Positions 18,522 to 29,336 of a DNA stretch of 64,000 bases are shown piece after piece. Location of the stretch: IMG/VR virus record IMGVR_UViG_3300028603_000028, positions 1 to 64,000 of that record; one strand, written 5' to 3'. The first letter of the stretch is position 1, and every line of letters begins with the position of its first letter. Origin of the DNA: a virus (taxonomy: Duplodnaviria > Caudoviricetes). Made by a program: the position numbers and the translations under genes. Under the pieces are notes generated by a model. That model did no database searches. It saw only the letters and a program-made list of their open reading frames with translations, and was not told the origin of the DNA.

Positions 18522-20000
18522 CTATAATTCAATGTTATCTTTTTTTAGATTTGCATATTGATTATACTCTAATTTTAGCTCAGATAAATTTGCTTCTAAT
18601 TTAATGGAACCGTTGTTATTATTGAAATACTGATTATAAACACTGTTATTAATAGCTGTACTAATTTGCCCAGTTGTTATTGTGCTCCCTATTGGTAAAT
18701 TATTAATATAATCAATTAGGAAGTCTTGGAAAGCTTCATTATCTGAAGTATCAAAACCAGTATGAACAGTAATATCTACAGGTATTAATTTGTTAGTAGA
18801 ATGATTAACTGTAATAGTTATACCAGACATTTTGTGTTTGTCTATTTCGTCTTGAATATCTTCTACTTCTACAGGGGCTAATTCTGTATTGTCTTTCTTA
18901 AGTACATATACTCTAACTTCTCCTAATGGAATATCGTTGCCACGACTAGGAAATCCTTCTGTGTCAAATTGTTTATCTATAACTAAGCATCTATTAACAT
19001 CTTGTACATGACTTTGTATATTAAGTACAAAGTTCTTAATATCGTCTTGTGTGATTAGTAAGTCTGAGCTAGCATAGTAATACTTAAAGTCTTCTTTTAT
19101 CTCTTCTGCTGTCAGAGGGTCTGACCCGTTAAAGAATACTTGTGTTGGAACTAACATCCTATCTATTAATTCAGATTCTTCTGAATTTTCTGGTAATGCT
19201 TTATTTATGTTACTAGGTGTAGATTCTAATCTTCCTGTTGTAACTACATAGTATAATAACGCTTCTCTATCATTGTACTGTTCTAAGTCTAAATCTTTAT
19301 GAAACCTAATATAAGTTATACCTTGTGGGTCTACGTTTAGTTCATATACATTGAAATCATCTGAACTATTATATCTATATAAGCTATCTACTTCTTTTAA
19401 TTCTATATCTTCATCAATTGTATGTTTTAGAATTATCTTTGATAGGGGTTTGTTCTGATATGTTGAACCTATAGCTATACTAGGAGATGGTAGCACATAC
19501 GTTTTATTTATATTATTAACTTGTGATAAGTTTATCTCTGTATTATAAAGTGTTCCTTGAAATAATTGGATAGTGTCTTCAGACGTTATTTGTCTGTCTT
19601 GGTCAATATATACCCAAGGTATTCTGTTATTATCTAATAGTTGTGTACCAAACTCTAAAAATGCCTGACCTTCTAGTAGCTTAAATTCTGCCATACCCGC
19701 TTTAAATGATTGTATTTTGTATCCAAAGGAATTGGCTATCCTAACAATAGACTGTCTTTCTTTAGCTGTAGACATAAACCCTTCTAATGTTCTATAGTCT
19801 AACATATAGTTAAGCATGTCTTTATGTGCTGCAAAGATGGACATAAGTATCATAATTATATCTGTCTCTGCTAAGTTATCCCAAGATGTATCTATGCTAT
19901 TTTCCCCAACAAACATATCCCTAAATTCTTGTAATATGCTTTCATATGTCTGGTTAGTTAGAGATATATTATTGTATATTTTATTTTTTAATTTACTCAC
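18522..20000 (-). CDS. Baseplate wedge subunit (T4 gp6 / P2 gpJ-like)
   Basis: ETDIIMILMSIFA...LEGFMSTAKERQSIVRIANSFGY; LITQDD. Confidence 0.85.
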   Translation of the reverse strand: MSKLKNKIYNNISLTNQTYESILQEFRDMFVGENSIDTSWDNLAETDIIMILMSIFAAHKDMLNYMLDYRTLEGFMSTAKERQSIVRIANSFGYKIQSFKAGMAEFKLLEGQAFLEFGTQLLDNNRIPWVYIDQDRQITSEDTIQLFQGTLYNTEINLSQVNNINKTYVLPSPSIAIGSTYQNKPLSKIILKHTIDEDIELKEVDSLYRYNSSDDFNVYELNVDPQGITYIRFHKDLDLEQYNDREALLYYVVTTGRLESTPSNINKALPENSEESELIDRMLVPTQVFFNGSDPLTAEEIKEDFKYYYASSDLLITQDDIKNFVLNIQSHVQDVNRCLVIDKQFDTEGFPSRGNDIPLGEVRVYVLKKDNTELAPVEVEDIQDEIDKHKMSGITITVNHSTNKLIPVDITVHTGFDTSDNEAFQDFLIDYINNLPIGSTITTGQISTAINNSVYNQYFNNNNGSIKLEANLSELKLEYNQYANLKKDNIEL

Positions 20001-20012
20001 CTGTTGACCTCC

Positions 20013-20381
20013 TTAGTTTGAAACAGTTAGTGGTACTGTTATTGGTGTATTTCTATTTGCTATTGATGCTACAACTAAGTCTATTTTAATTCCACCTAGT
20101 TCATCATCAAATCTCATGTTTATACTTATAGGAACCACTTTACCGTATTTACGGAGTGTAATTTCTATATCTGTTTTAATTAAGTTGAATGTTGCTGTTC
20201 TATTTGTTAAATGTAGATATTTATTTAGATTAACTCCTATTTCATTACCAAAGAATAGAGAGTATTTATCTAAGTTAAATAACATCTGCAGTTCTTGCTT
20301 AATGAGTTCATTACCACTTATTAAGTTAGTCTTACCTGTATCTTCATTTACCAAGTTCCTATAATTTGTTCCTGTTGCCAT
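20013..20381 (-). CDS. Baseplate wedge / sheath initiator (gp25-like)
   Basis: ISGNELIKQELQMLF...FFGNEIGVNL; size and position. Confidence 0.8.
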   Translation of the reverse strand: MATGTNYRNLVNEDTGKTNLISGNELIKQELQMLFNLDKYSLFFGNEIGVNLNKYLHLTNRTATFNLIKTDIEITLRKYGKVVPISINMRFDDELGGIKIDLVVASIANRNTPITVPLTVSN

Positions 20382-20383
20382 CG

Positions 20384-21001
20384 CTAATCCCTCCCGTAGG
20401 TTTCATCAAAATTTGGATTGTCTATTGGGTTGAACTTAGAGTTATGTCTAAGTAGTACTTTAGTACCTGTAATATATACTACACCATCATCAAAATTAAA
20501 GAAAGTATAACCTTTTATCTCGTCTTTATTTTTTGCTAGTTGTAGTACTACCATATCTAGTATGTCTTCCACTGTTACTTTGTATAATATTTTTTCATAT
20601 TCCAATGTTTTAACGAATTTATCTATGTCAGTATTAAGAACTAGGTGTGGCTCATCTCCATTTAACTCTGTGTATTCAACAGCTAATTTTTTTATAATTT
20701 TTAGATTATGTTCAAATGCTTTACTATTAAGTATGAGTGTACTAAGTTTTTTAATATCTCTAAGTGTAGAATTACTAGTCATAGAACTGATTATATCATT
20801 AGGTTCAATGTCTGATATGGTAGCTAACTCAAGTAGTTCGTCTCTAATATCCTTACCTATGTCTTCTGCTAAAGGGGATGTTAATAGAAATTTTTCTGTG
20901 CCTAAACTTAATTCTTCATGTACTACATCTAGCACTATTTTACTTGGATTATATGTTACGTGTTCAGTTTTAGATGGTCTATTCTTAGATGGTCTATTCA
21001 T
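20384..21001 (-). CDS. Hypothetical protein, DI-x-x-EL paralog family
   Basis: LAEDIGKDIRDELLE; 15-bp tandem duplication at the N-terminus (NRPSK x2). Confidence 0.75.
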   Translation of the reverse strand: MNRPSKNRPSKTEHVTYNPSKIVLDVVHEELSLGTEKFLLTSPLAEDIGKDIRDELLELATISDIEPNDIISSMTSNSTLRDIKKLSTLILNSKAFEHNLKIIKKLAVEYTELNGDEPHLVLNTDIDKFVKTLEYEKILYKVTVEDILDMVVLQLAKNKDEIKGYTFFNFDDGVVYITGTKVLLRHNSKFNPIDNPNFDETYGRD

Positions 21002-21528
21002 CGTGAGCCTCCTAAAATTACTTGCCTAAAGTTAACTCCTATAGAACTTCTGTTTATTGGGTCATCATGTGCAATATTTACAATAATTGTGTCAGCTTCT
21101 GGTATGTATCCAAAAGCTGATATAGCCTGTTCATTTTGAAAGTTTATTGTACGTTCTATTATATCATACACAAATTCTTTTGTTATATTAGCTACAGGGC
21201 CCATACTATCTGTTTCAATATAGTATATATCAACAATTTTTTCTTTACTTATAAATTTTTCTATTGCAGTATCTAATTGTAGTTTTTTAGATTTGTACCA
21301 CTTAGAATTTATTAATGTGTTAAATGGTATAAAGCCATTATTATTAAGCACATAATAATATAATTCTTTAAACGTAAAATTTTGTACTAACTCATGTTTT
21401 ATATCTGAGCCTAAGTGGTCAAACAACCCTGTTTCAAATATAAAGCTTTCAGGTGTTGTATAACCTTCTGCTAAGGCCTTTGGTAACACATGGTTTTGTG
21501 ATATTTGAATTATTGTTTGAATTATCAT
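20998..21528 (-). CDS. Hypothetical protein, same family
   Basis: LFDHLGSDIKHELVQ; ATGA overlap with the next gene. Confidence 0.75.
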   Translation of the reverse strand: MIIQTIIQISQNHVLPKALAEGYTTPESFIFETGLFDHLGSDIKHELVQNFTFKELYYYVLNNNGFIPFNTLINSKWYKSKKLQLDTAIEKFISKEKIVDIYYIETDSMGPVANITKEFVYDIIERTINFQNEQAISAFGYIPEADTIIVNIAHDDPINRSSIGVNFRQVILGGSR

Positions 21529-21628
21529 ATTTACCCGTCCTTTTCCTATTCAGTTACTACCTTATATAGTTAACTTTGTTTATATAACAGCTATCATATT
21601 ATGATAGTATATAGTTTGTTGTTTATGA

Positions 21629-22186
21629 TTATAGAGAGTTATAGTCGTCGAATACTTTTAGTAACCAATAAGGTGAGACTGATATAATCCTATCTTCAAA
21701 ATCAAAAGTAATTACTGATAGCCCTAGTATGCTTAAGTATGGTTTGCCGCGAGATATAATATCTCTGTTTCTTATATCTGTTAGCTCATTAATAAGTTCT
21801 ATTATATATTCCCTTGTCAAATCTTCTTTAATCAGGACCCCTGTTGCGGTGAAATTGAATCTTGCATATAACTCCGTACCATGTATTCTGTTTAATCTCT
21901 GCTCATTTTCTATGAATAGGTCTATGGCTCTATATAATTCCTTAACTTCTTCTTTAAATAGACCTGACTCTATTACATCAACAAATCTTATGTCTTTTAT
22001 GAACTCATTTATTATAAGTGCTATATTATCTATACTAAATGTTTCTACTAAGTCATCTTTAATATCCCTTGGTAAGTTTTTAAATAAACTTGAGTTGTAC
22101 ATAACATCTGAAATATCAGTATAATTATTTTTAATCTCTTCAGCTATCCTATCTCTTACGTCAAAATCAATATCTATATATTTCAT
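21629..22186 (-). CDS. Hypothetical protein, same family
   Basis: LFKNLPRDIKDDLVE. Confidence 0.75.
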   Translation of the reverse strand: MKYIDIDFDVRDRIAEEIKNNYTDISDVMYNSSLFKNLPRDIKDDLVETFSIDNIALIINEFIKDIRFVDVIESGLFKEEVKELYRAIDLFIENEQRLNRIHGTELYARFNFTATGVLIKEDLTREYIIELINELTDIRNRDIISRGKPYLSILGLSVITFDFEDRIISVSPYWLLKVFDDYNSL

Positions 22187-22195
22187 AATATACTC

Positions 22196-22606
22196 CTATG
22201 CTAGAGGGTTAGGGAATTTCTTTAGACTTGCTAAGTCTGGTATAAATAATATATCCCCTGCCTTTATATTTAATGGGTCTGCTATATTATTTGCATAACA
22301 TATAACCCAGTACAAGGAAGCTGAACCGTATAGCTTAGTTGCTATTAAGTCTATACGGTTTTCTTCATATGCAGGTACTACATACATAGGGAAGCTCCCA
22401 TAAGGAATTATGCCTAAGTCTATAGGGCCCATTGTTGCTTTAATAAGTTTTTCTTGTTCGTCTGCTATTAATAGTTCATCTATATGCTTATACCTAGATA
22501 AACTATTAATATTATATGGTACTACGTAATGTGCAAGTATCTCTTTTGAGTTTGGTCTTTTATTTAGATTTTTTAGTTCTTTCTTTGTAATCATTTCTTT
22601 AACCAA
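22196..22606 (-). CDS. LysM-like baseplate protein (T4 gp53 / P2 gpX-like)
   Basis: RIDLIATKLYGSASLYWVICYANNIADPLNIKAGDILFIP. Confidence 0.85.
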   Translation of the reverse strand: MVKEMITKKELKNLNKRPNSKEILAHYVVPYNINSLSRYKHIDELLIADEQEKLIKATMGPIDLGIIPYGSFPMYVVPAYEENRIDLIATKLYGSASLYWVICYANNIADPLNIKAGDILFIPDLASLKKFPNPLA

Positions 22607-23031
22607 TCCCTACTTGAATATTTATATCCATACTTAGTTGCTGTACCTTCAAACCAAATTGAGTCATAAGGTGGTAATTTCTTATAAGCGTCATACCCTT
22701 TTTTCTTATAAATGTGGTTTCTTCTGTGATATCTTAAGGCACTACATATACCTACTAAAGGAATCCAGAGAGGCCCTAATATTAAACCTTGTAGTGAGTG
22801 GCCATACTCATGTGCTAATGTATGATAATTATCTTTAGCTGCCCTACTTATAATTGTAAATATACCTAAAGATAGACCGCCCCAATTTTGGCCTACAACG
22901 ATGCAAATCTTTGGTCCAAAGAAGAACACCTCATGTTTAGTTAAAATCAATCCTAGGGCGATTATCGAGCCTATTATGTTAGATAAGCAGTCCCAAGTAA
23001 GTGATATAAAATAGTATAAAAATCTTTTCAT
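22591..23031 (-). CDS. Membrane protein with HExxH zincin motif
   Basis: TM segments, AHEYGHSLQ, FEGTA. Confidence 0.7.
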   Translation of the reverse strand: MKRFLYYFISLTWDCLSNIIGSIIALGLILTKHEVFFFGPKICIVVGQNWGGLSLGIFTIISRAAKDNYHTLAHEYGHSLQGLILGPLWIPLVGICSALRYHRRNHIYKKKGYDAYKKLPPYDSIWFEGTATKYGYKYSSRDWLKK

Positions 23032-23046
23032 TATCTATATCTCCAT

Positions 23047-23313
23047 TTACATATATTTTTTTAATTCATTTGGTAGTTGAGGATAGTCTTCATATGTTGT
23101 ATGTTCTGTTATCTCATTAGTAAAGTCTAACATGTTTTGATACCAGTCCATAACTTCTTGACTATCTTCCTCCCTACCACGTATTACTGCACGTTCCCAA
23201 ATATCAAATGCTTTGAATTGTTGTTCTCTTAGTGTCCTAAAATGAACGAATCTTCTTTCAAGCAATTCTTCCTTAGTTATTTTGTTTTGTAAATATAAAT
23301 TCTTAAGCCACAT
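23047..23313 (-). CDS. Tail fibre assembly chaperone-like protein
   Basis: Follows the fibre gene; LRE...D...WYQNMLD.T...YP.LP pattern. Confidence 0.55.
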   Translation of the reverse strand: MWLKNLYLQNKITKEELLERRFVHFRTLREQQFKAFDIWERAVIRGREEDSQEVMDWYQNMLDFTNEITEHTTYEDYPQLPNELKKYM

Positions 23314-23316
23314 AAT

Positions 23317-26300
23317 CTACCTCATATAAACGGACACATAATTTTTCCACCCAGCTCCTTGTATAGTATCCCACATAATTTCTATGTAGTCACTCGTACA
23401 GGTAATATACGAACTAGGGTAACCAGGAAGTGTAGCATTACTAACAGCCGTAACTGGTCCATATAATACTTCTGACATAGTAGAAAATTTGCCACCACTC
23501 ACATTACTATATACTACATATATTTCATTTACATTTTCTGGGTAAAACATCATTACTCCAGCACTATGGGGAGCTGTGCCTAGATAAGTCCAAGCTGACC
23601 CACCACCACCTCCACCAGGATATGTCCCATCCACAGTTAGATTTCCTGTTATACGAACATCGCCATTAAAGTACCCTGCATATTTTGTTCCTGAAGCGTA
23701 TGTAGGTTGTTCTGCGTATACTGCTGCTCTTATGTTATTTCTAAATGTGCTAAGATAAACATTACCCGCAGTAGATGTTCCTTGAAATGCCGCTAATCCT
23801 GCGGTGGTACTAAATGTATTCGCAGCTTGAATTGTTGCACTGCCTGCACCTTGTGTTAGTATAAGTGGAGCACTTACTGGAGCTGCCCAGCTTCCATCTT
23901 CTCTTAGATATCTAGTAGTCCCAGTTCCACCTGGCGCTGGAACTAAACCACTAACGCTCCTTATAAATGCACTAGGAATGTCATCCATTGTAGCAATTAT
24001 ACCTGTTTTATTGTGTGGTATATTGACTATTGCTGTAGCACTACCCATTCCCCGTATCACCAAATTTTGAGAGGTTCCGTCTGACCTAATACCAAATCTA
24101 GGCTGGGTTGTCCCATTCCCGATATATATTTCATTCTCGCCAAAGTCAGTACTTGCTGTTGAGTTAATTGTTATTGTCTTACCTGATTGACTTATTGTAA
24201 CATTGGTTCCAGCTGCTAAAGTTATATCTCCTGATTCGTAAGAACCACTTGTTGTTCCCCTTAATCTGGTTATGGTATTAGTATTATCCCAAGGGACATT
24301 AACAAACATATTATTACTTGCATCAGTTTGAACTTTATAATTTTTATCATTAGGATTAGTTGTATATCCGGTATTTAATTTATTTATTAAATCATTATAA
24401 TTACCAGTCTTGCTTACTTTATGTAAATTGATAGATGATGTTCCTAATATTGGTTCACTAGCTAAAGGTGTTTGTGTTGTTGTATGTGTGGTATTTAATG
24501 TTTTAACTGCACCTCCACCACCTTCACCACCACCATTGATTCCATAAATCTTTAATGTGTAGTTTCCACCAGATGGGTTTGTTACATTAAATCTTGCTTG
24601 TGTACTATTTATAGCTGCAAATCTACCTACAAATGTTTCATCATTTCTACTACCAAGCAAAGTAATTCCTTTATAAGCTGTTATTGTAGTTGAAGCTATT
24701 TTTCGATATGCGTAGGTTTCAAAATCATTCAAATAACCTCTAGCAACTGCTGTGGAAACTTGATATGAAGCAGGATAGCTTGTGTTCAGAAAGTTAACAA
24801 ATTGAGTAAAGTTGTCATGTGTCCCGTTATAAATCTGTGTTCCTGAGTTCCATTCTGACTGACTTGCATTTACCCATGTTTGTGTATCTCCTGCTGAAGT
24901 ATCGACTATTTCTGTAGGTTTTATAATTTGTGTGTCACCTAAATATGTTTGACCAGATGATGCATAACTTAGCATCATTTCTAATCTTAATTCCCTGAAA
25001 ACACTTAAAGAACTTAGGCTTACCACATCGTTCGGTTCCAACTCTGCTATAAGCATTTCTACATGAGCACCTTCTGATATATCAATATTGACTCCATCAA
25101 GTAATGAGACACTGTTTATTGTAGATAATTGTTTATAACTAGGATTACTGGTTCCGTTACCTGCTAACACTGTTCCTGTTGGACCTGTAGGTAAATTTGA
25201 TGTTGCTATTCTACTAATCCATGTTGGTGCACTTGTCCCACCATTCGCTTTAAGAATATACCCATTCGTACCATTTTCTGTTGGAGCGTATATGTTTGTA
25301 CTACTTGTGTAATTATGTGCGCCATTGATGGTCGGTAAACCATTATAGATGTCACGCTCTGTTGGAATACTGGTTGAAGTTCCTATTGCATTAGCAGTTG
25401 TACTGTCTACTATACTTCTTGAATTTAATGTTCCTGTTGCATTACCCAATAGTATCTCACCGGATGGGAGAGTCGTTAATCCTGTTCCTCCCTTATTTAC
25501 TGGAATTGGACTTAGGAAATCCAGCACCTCTGATTTTGTTAGCGCTTTAGGGGTCCCTGAAGAAGCAGTGTTATTACCTATTATGGAATTTGCTGCTAAA
25601 TCGCTCATTTTACTAAGAGTTACTGCTTTATTTGCTATAACAGTTGCACCATCTCCAGTTGAGGTTACATCTCCAGTATGATTCGGGTGAGTATATGAGT
25701 ATTCTGTTTCCCAAGAAGGTAATCCACTAACTACTTTTAATATTTCACCCTCATTACCAACTCCTAGTTTAGATAATGTATTTGCCTCACTTGCATATAA
25801 TAAATCACCCTTTGCGTAAGTGCTTTGACCTGTACCACCTTTAGTTGCCGTCAGCTGCTTTCCAGATGTTGTATTGAAATTGTCATCATTAACAGTACTT
25901 AATGTTGCTAAAGAACCCAATCCTAACGTTGTCCTCATAGCTGTTATACTTGTATCATCTAGTAGACTTCTTGCAGTTGAAGTCAGTGCAGTTGTTTTAT
26001 ACGTATTAGCAGCGGTTGTATAAATCATCTGGTCTACTGCTGTTGTAAGTCCAGCTATAGATGTTAATGCCGAGCTCAACGGTTGTTTATTTTGGTCTAA
26101 TAAATATCCTTGATAGGCACTCAATGCGTATCCGTCACTATAGGTAGAACTTAGCAAATTATTCACTGTTTTTACATGACCAAATAATGCCGTTGTTCCT
26201 AAACCATATGTATTTATAGCACTTGCATGAGGCTTAAGATAATCTAAACCAAATGACAAGTTAGCAAACCATGCTGTATCGCCAACAACATTATAATCCA

Positions 26301-27963
26301 TTAACCAACCAACCTTAGCCTTCGCAGTTCCTGGAGGAAATTTATTTCCAGCGTTCTTACCGCTTAAATCTACACCCTCAACAATACCACTATAGTATTC
26401 CCAGTTAGTTGTAAGATAACCATTCCATAAATATTTATAAGTTCCACCAGAAGAACCATTACTAACATACGTCCCAGCAGGTACAGTTCTACCAGACCAA
26501 GGAACTCTTAAGGTTATTGTGTTATTAGTATAATTTATACCACCTATATTCCAAGCGTTATTAGTCCAATATCTTGAATAAGTTTCTGGGGCATACTGGT
26601 AGCCAAAGCTATTCTTATAGTCCCAAATTATCAAACTTCTTAAATGAGTACCAACACCAGAATTATCCCAATTAGAAGCGTTAGCTAAGTACATTACAGT
26701 ATCACCAGGTTTTAAAGCTTGAGCTAAAGTGGTTAGCGTATTTTCTCTATACATATGATGAGAAGCACTTATTTGATTACCATCCACATCATAAAAATCT
26801 ATATAATAGTAGTAATAACCGGTTCCTAATAATGATTTAGCAAACATTTCAAATTTATATCTAAGCTCAGGGTTAACTGGCATAAACTCGTCTGTAGATG
26901 TAACTTGACCACCATTCTCAGGTCTCTTGTATCTAAAAGAACCCCCAGAATAATAAGCCTCACTGCCATCATAAGTAAAATTAGAAAAGTTAGTGTTATT
27001 ACCTAAAAGTGCTGAACCATTAGTTAGTAAGTTTTGACCACGTGAATGAACATATTGCTCAGTAGCAACTTTCTTATCTTCGCTATATAAAGCCCCATCT
27101 GTGCCTACATAAGCCGTATCGTGGCTATATGTTTGCGGGTTGGCACTTTGGCTGAGCGCTCCTATTAAAAATATTTTACTAGAAGTATTCGTAGAGCCTG
27201 CTGTATTTTTTGTATCGGTCGAGTTTATTGTAAACGTATAGTCCTCGTGTTCTACTGTTGTACCACCTGTACCTACTAATGTTACAGCACCTGAGACCCC
27301 AGTTGTAGTTAACGTACCAATAGTTGTTACTGTGTTACTGTCATCTCTCCAACCAGGATTTCCTGAGCCATCTGTCTTCCAAACTTTGTTTTTATTCGTA
27401 GAAGTAGGAGCAGTTACATATCCAGCTACGTTTAAACTGTTCGCATTCCATGTGTTATCATTTTCCCAAGGTACGTTAACTACAAGTTTATTATTGTTGT
27501 CTGTTTGAACTGGATAATACCTGTTTGCTGTATTATCTGCACTAGGTGTAGTAGTAAGTGTTGTTAATTTAGGTGCACCAAGTTTAACCAGCCCTAATGT
27601 AGTGGTGTCTGCCATAGTTGTGTTAGTTATATACTGACTATGTGTATGTGTTGTAATATTTCCTGTAAGAACATTTTCTACTTGTGTCTTAGTAATACCT
27701 GTTAAGAAAGTACTACCTTTTGTTGCTATTAAAGTCATACCATCTTCTGAAGATGACAAACTTGTTATAGCATTACCAGTACCTGAAATATCTACTTCTT
27801 TTATGCCACCTATATTCTCTAGACTATCTATTAAGTCCATAGTTGTTTTAGGTGTCATATACTTATGGTCATTTACTTTACCTTGTGCGTCAAGTGTATC
27901 AGCTTTATCTGGTATTGGGAGTATATACCATGTGTTATTTATTAAAATTCTATGAAGTGCCAT
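23317..27963 (-). CDS. Long tail fibre / receptor-binding protein
   Basis: 1548 aa, Thr/Gly/Ser-rich, repeated GGTG motifs, GQNLLTNG carbohydrate-binding-like block. Confidence 0.85.
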   Translation of the reverse strand: MALHRILINNTWYILPIPDKADTLDAQGKVNDHKYMTPKTTMDLIDSLENIGGIKEVDISGTGNAITSLSSSEDGMTLIATKGSTFLTGITKTQVENVLTGNITTHTHSQYITNTTMADTTTLGLVKLGAPKLTTLTTTPSADNTANRYYPVQTDNNNKLVVNVPWENDNTWNANSLNVAGYVTAPTSTNKNKVWKTDGSGNPGWRDDSNTVTTIGTLTTTGVSGAVTLVGTGGTTVEHEDYTFTINSTDTKNTAGSTNTSSKIFLIGALSQSANPQTYSHDTAYVGTDGALYSEDKKVATEQYVHSRGQNLLTNGSALLGNNTNFSNFTYDGSEAYYSGGSFRYKRPENGGQVTSTDEFMPVNPELRYKFEMFAKSLLGTGYYYYYIDFYDVDGNQISASHHMYRENTLTTLAQALKPGDTVMYLANASNWDNSGVGTHLRSLIIWDYKNSFGYQYAPETYSRYWTNNAWNIGGINYTNNTITLRVPWSGRTVPAGTYVSNGSSGGTYKYLWNGYLTTNWEYYSGIVEGVDLSGKNAGNKFPPGTAKAKVGWLMDYNVVGDTAWFANLSFGLDYLKPHASAINTYGLGTTALFGHVKTVNNLLSSTYSDGYALSAYQGYLLDQNKQPLSSALTSIAGLTTAVDQMIYTTAANTYKTTALTSTARSLLDDTSITAMRTTLGLGSLATLSTVNDDNFNTTSGKQLTATKGGTGQSTYAKGDLLYASEANTLSKLGVGNEGEILKVVSGLPSWETEYSYTHPNHTGDVTSTGDGATVIANKAVTLSKMSDLAANSIIGNNTASSGTPKALTKSEVLDFLSPIPVNKGGTGLTTLPSGEILLGNATGTLNSRSIVDSTTANAIGTSTSIPTERDIYNGLPTINGAHNYTSSTNIYAPTENGTNGYILKANGGTSAPTWISRIATSNLPTGPTGTVLAGNGTSNPSYKQLSTINSVSLLDGVNIDISEGAHVEMLIAELEPNDVVSLSSLSVFRELRLEMMLSYASSGQTYLGDTQIIKPTEIVDTSAGDTQTWVNASQSEWNSGTQIYNGTHDNFTQFVNFLNTSYPASYQVSTAVARGYLNDFETYAYRKIASTTITAYKGITLLGSRNDETFVGRFAAINSTQARFNVTNPSGGNYTLKIYGINGGGEGGGGAVKTLNTTHTTTQTPLASEPILGTSSINLHKVSKTGNYNDLINKLNTGYTTNPNDKNYKVQTDASNNMFVNVPWDNTNTITRLRGTTSGSYESGDITLAAGTNVTISQSGKTITINSTASTDFGENEIYIGNGTTQPRFGIRSDGTSQNLVIRGMGSATAIVNIPHNKTGIIATMDDIPSAFIRSVSGLVPAPGGTGTTRYLREDGSWAAPVSAPLILTQGAGSATIQAANTFSTTAGLAAFQGTSTAGNVYLSTFRNNIRAAVYAEQPTYASGTKYAGYFNGDVRITGNLTVDGTYPGGGGGGSAWTYLGTAPHSAGVMMFYPENVNEIYVVYSNVSGGKFSTMSEVLYGPVTAVSNATLPGYPSSYITCTSDYIEIMWDTIQGAGWKNYVSVYMR

Positions 27964-27982
27964 AGCAACTCCTCCTTTAAGT

Positions 27983-29332
27983 TTAGGTTACTGACCAGAC
28001 TGTTTTTAGTTTAAATATTCTCGGTCCTAAATGTAAATTATTAATAATTACTTTTCCGTTAGGTATTATTATGTCTAATGGGCCATAAAGGAATTCTAAT
28101 GTTTCCAGTTGTTTATCGAAACTAATACTCCATAGTACTTCAGTATCACCCAAATGACCTTTTACTAAGCTTAAATACAACATAGGACCCATAGTAGGAA
28201 CATTCATTTGATACGCATAAAGTTGATAATGTATATTATCTGATGACTCTATATCAAGTAATTGTAAATTTGTAATACTTGGGTCTCCAGGTTCTGCAAA
28301 AGAAGTATTAAGTGGAAGGAATTCGTCTATTATATCAATTTCTAACCAATTAATAAATTCATCAGCAGCTGCTTGGCTGTCTGGGCATTGTAAACTTAAA
28401 TTATAAGTTTTTGATTCTGGAATTGATATATTTGAACTTGTATCTATCCAAATAAGTCCATCAACCATGAAGTTTCTATCGAAATCTCCTTCGACTGGTG
28501 TTGTTTCTTTAGCTACTGCATTTTTCATCTGAGTAACTTCATAAGCACCTTCAAATAAGCCTGTACCTGCTGCGCCAGTCCCAGGAACTGTAAGTTGTTT
28601 AATAGTCGCAGATTCAGTAACGTCTAAGGACGGTGTTGATATTTCATCAGAAGCAGTAATTTTTTTAATGGTAATTTCTTGTTTAAATGAAGGTGCACTA
28701 CTAGCACCATTACCTGCTAAAACTGAATCAGCTGGACCGGGACTAATTTCATCTATAGAACTAGTGCCCTTACCAATAAGAATTGCATTATTGCCGAGAG
28801 ATGTCTTACCAGTCCCACCTTGACCTACTGTTAAATTATCAGTCCATACCGGTCTAGTCCCATTTGATACAGCGACCTGACCAGTTGTTCCTTTTTCTTC
28901 AAACGCATAAAATTGTTTTTCATCTTCGGGTGAATGACCATTAATTGTCCATTGATTGAATTGACTAATAAATTCTTCAAGTGTTGTATCCTCATCAATT
29001 GCTGCGTTTGTAATAAAGTCTAGTATTTCTGTTAACTTGTCGATTATATTTTCGGTATCTCCTGGACCATCTTCTAACATCCCTTCTAAAGTTTCTTTAA
29101 AAGTTTCTAATTCTGCTACTTGGTTTACTAAGTCACCATAAGCAGTGTCTTCAAAGTCTCCCCCACCTTCACCCATTAATGCTGATAAGAACCCTAATTG
29201 TTCTCCAGTAATAAATTTTCTATTATTAGATTCTATAGCATCATCAGTATAAGTTTGAAAAAAATATTCGTCATAGTTTTGTGATACCTCATTAAATGCT
29301 TTATAAATAGCTGCTCTATAAGTATTTGACAT
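27983..29332 (-). CDS. Tail fibre-related protein
   Basis: IIDKLTEILDFI and GQGGTGKTSL...ILIGKG fibre motifs. Confidence 0.65.
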   Translation of the reverse strand: MSNTYRAAIYKAFNEVSQNYDEYFFQTYTDDAIESNNRKFITGEQLGFLSALMGEGGGDFEDTAYGDLVNQVAELETFKETLEGMLEDGPGDTENIIDKLTEILDFITNAAIDEDTTLEEFISQFNQWTINGHSPEDEKQFYAFEEKGTTGQVAVSNGTRPVWTDNLTVGQGGTGKTSLGNNAILIGKGTSSIDEISPGPADSVLAGNGASSAPSFKQEITIKKITASDEISTPSLDVTESATIKQLTVPGTGAAGTGLFEGAYEVTQMKNAVAKETTPVEGDFDRNFMVDGLIWIDTSSNISIPESKTYNLSLQCPDSQAAADEFINWLEIDIIDEFLPLNTSFAEPGDPSITNLQLLDIESSDNIHYQLYAYQMNVPTMGPMLYLSLVKGHLGDTEVLWSISFDKQLETLEFLYGPLDIIIPNGKVIINNLHLGPRIFKLKTVWSVT

Positions 29333-29336
29333 ACTA

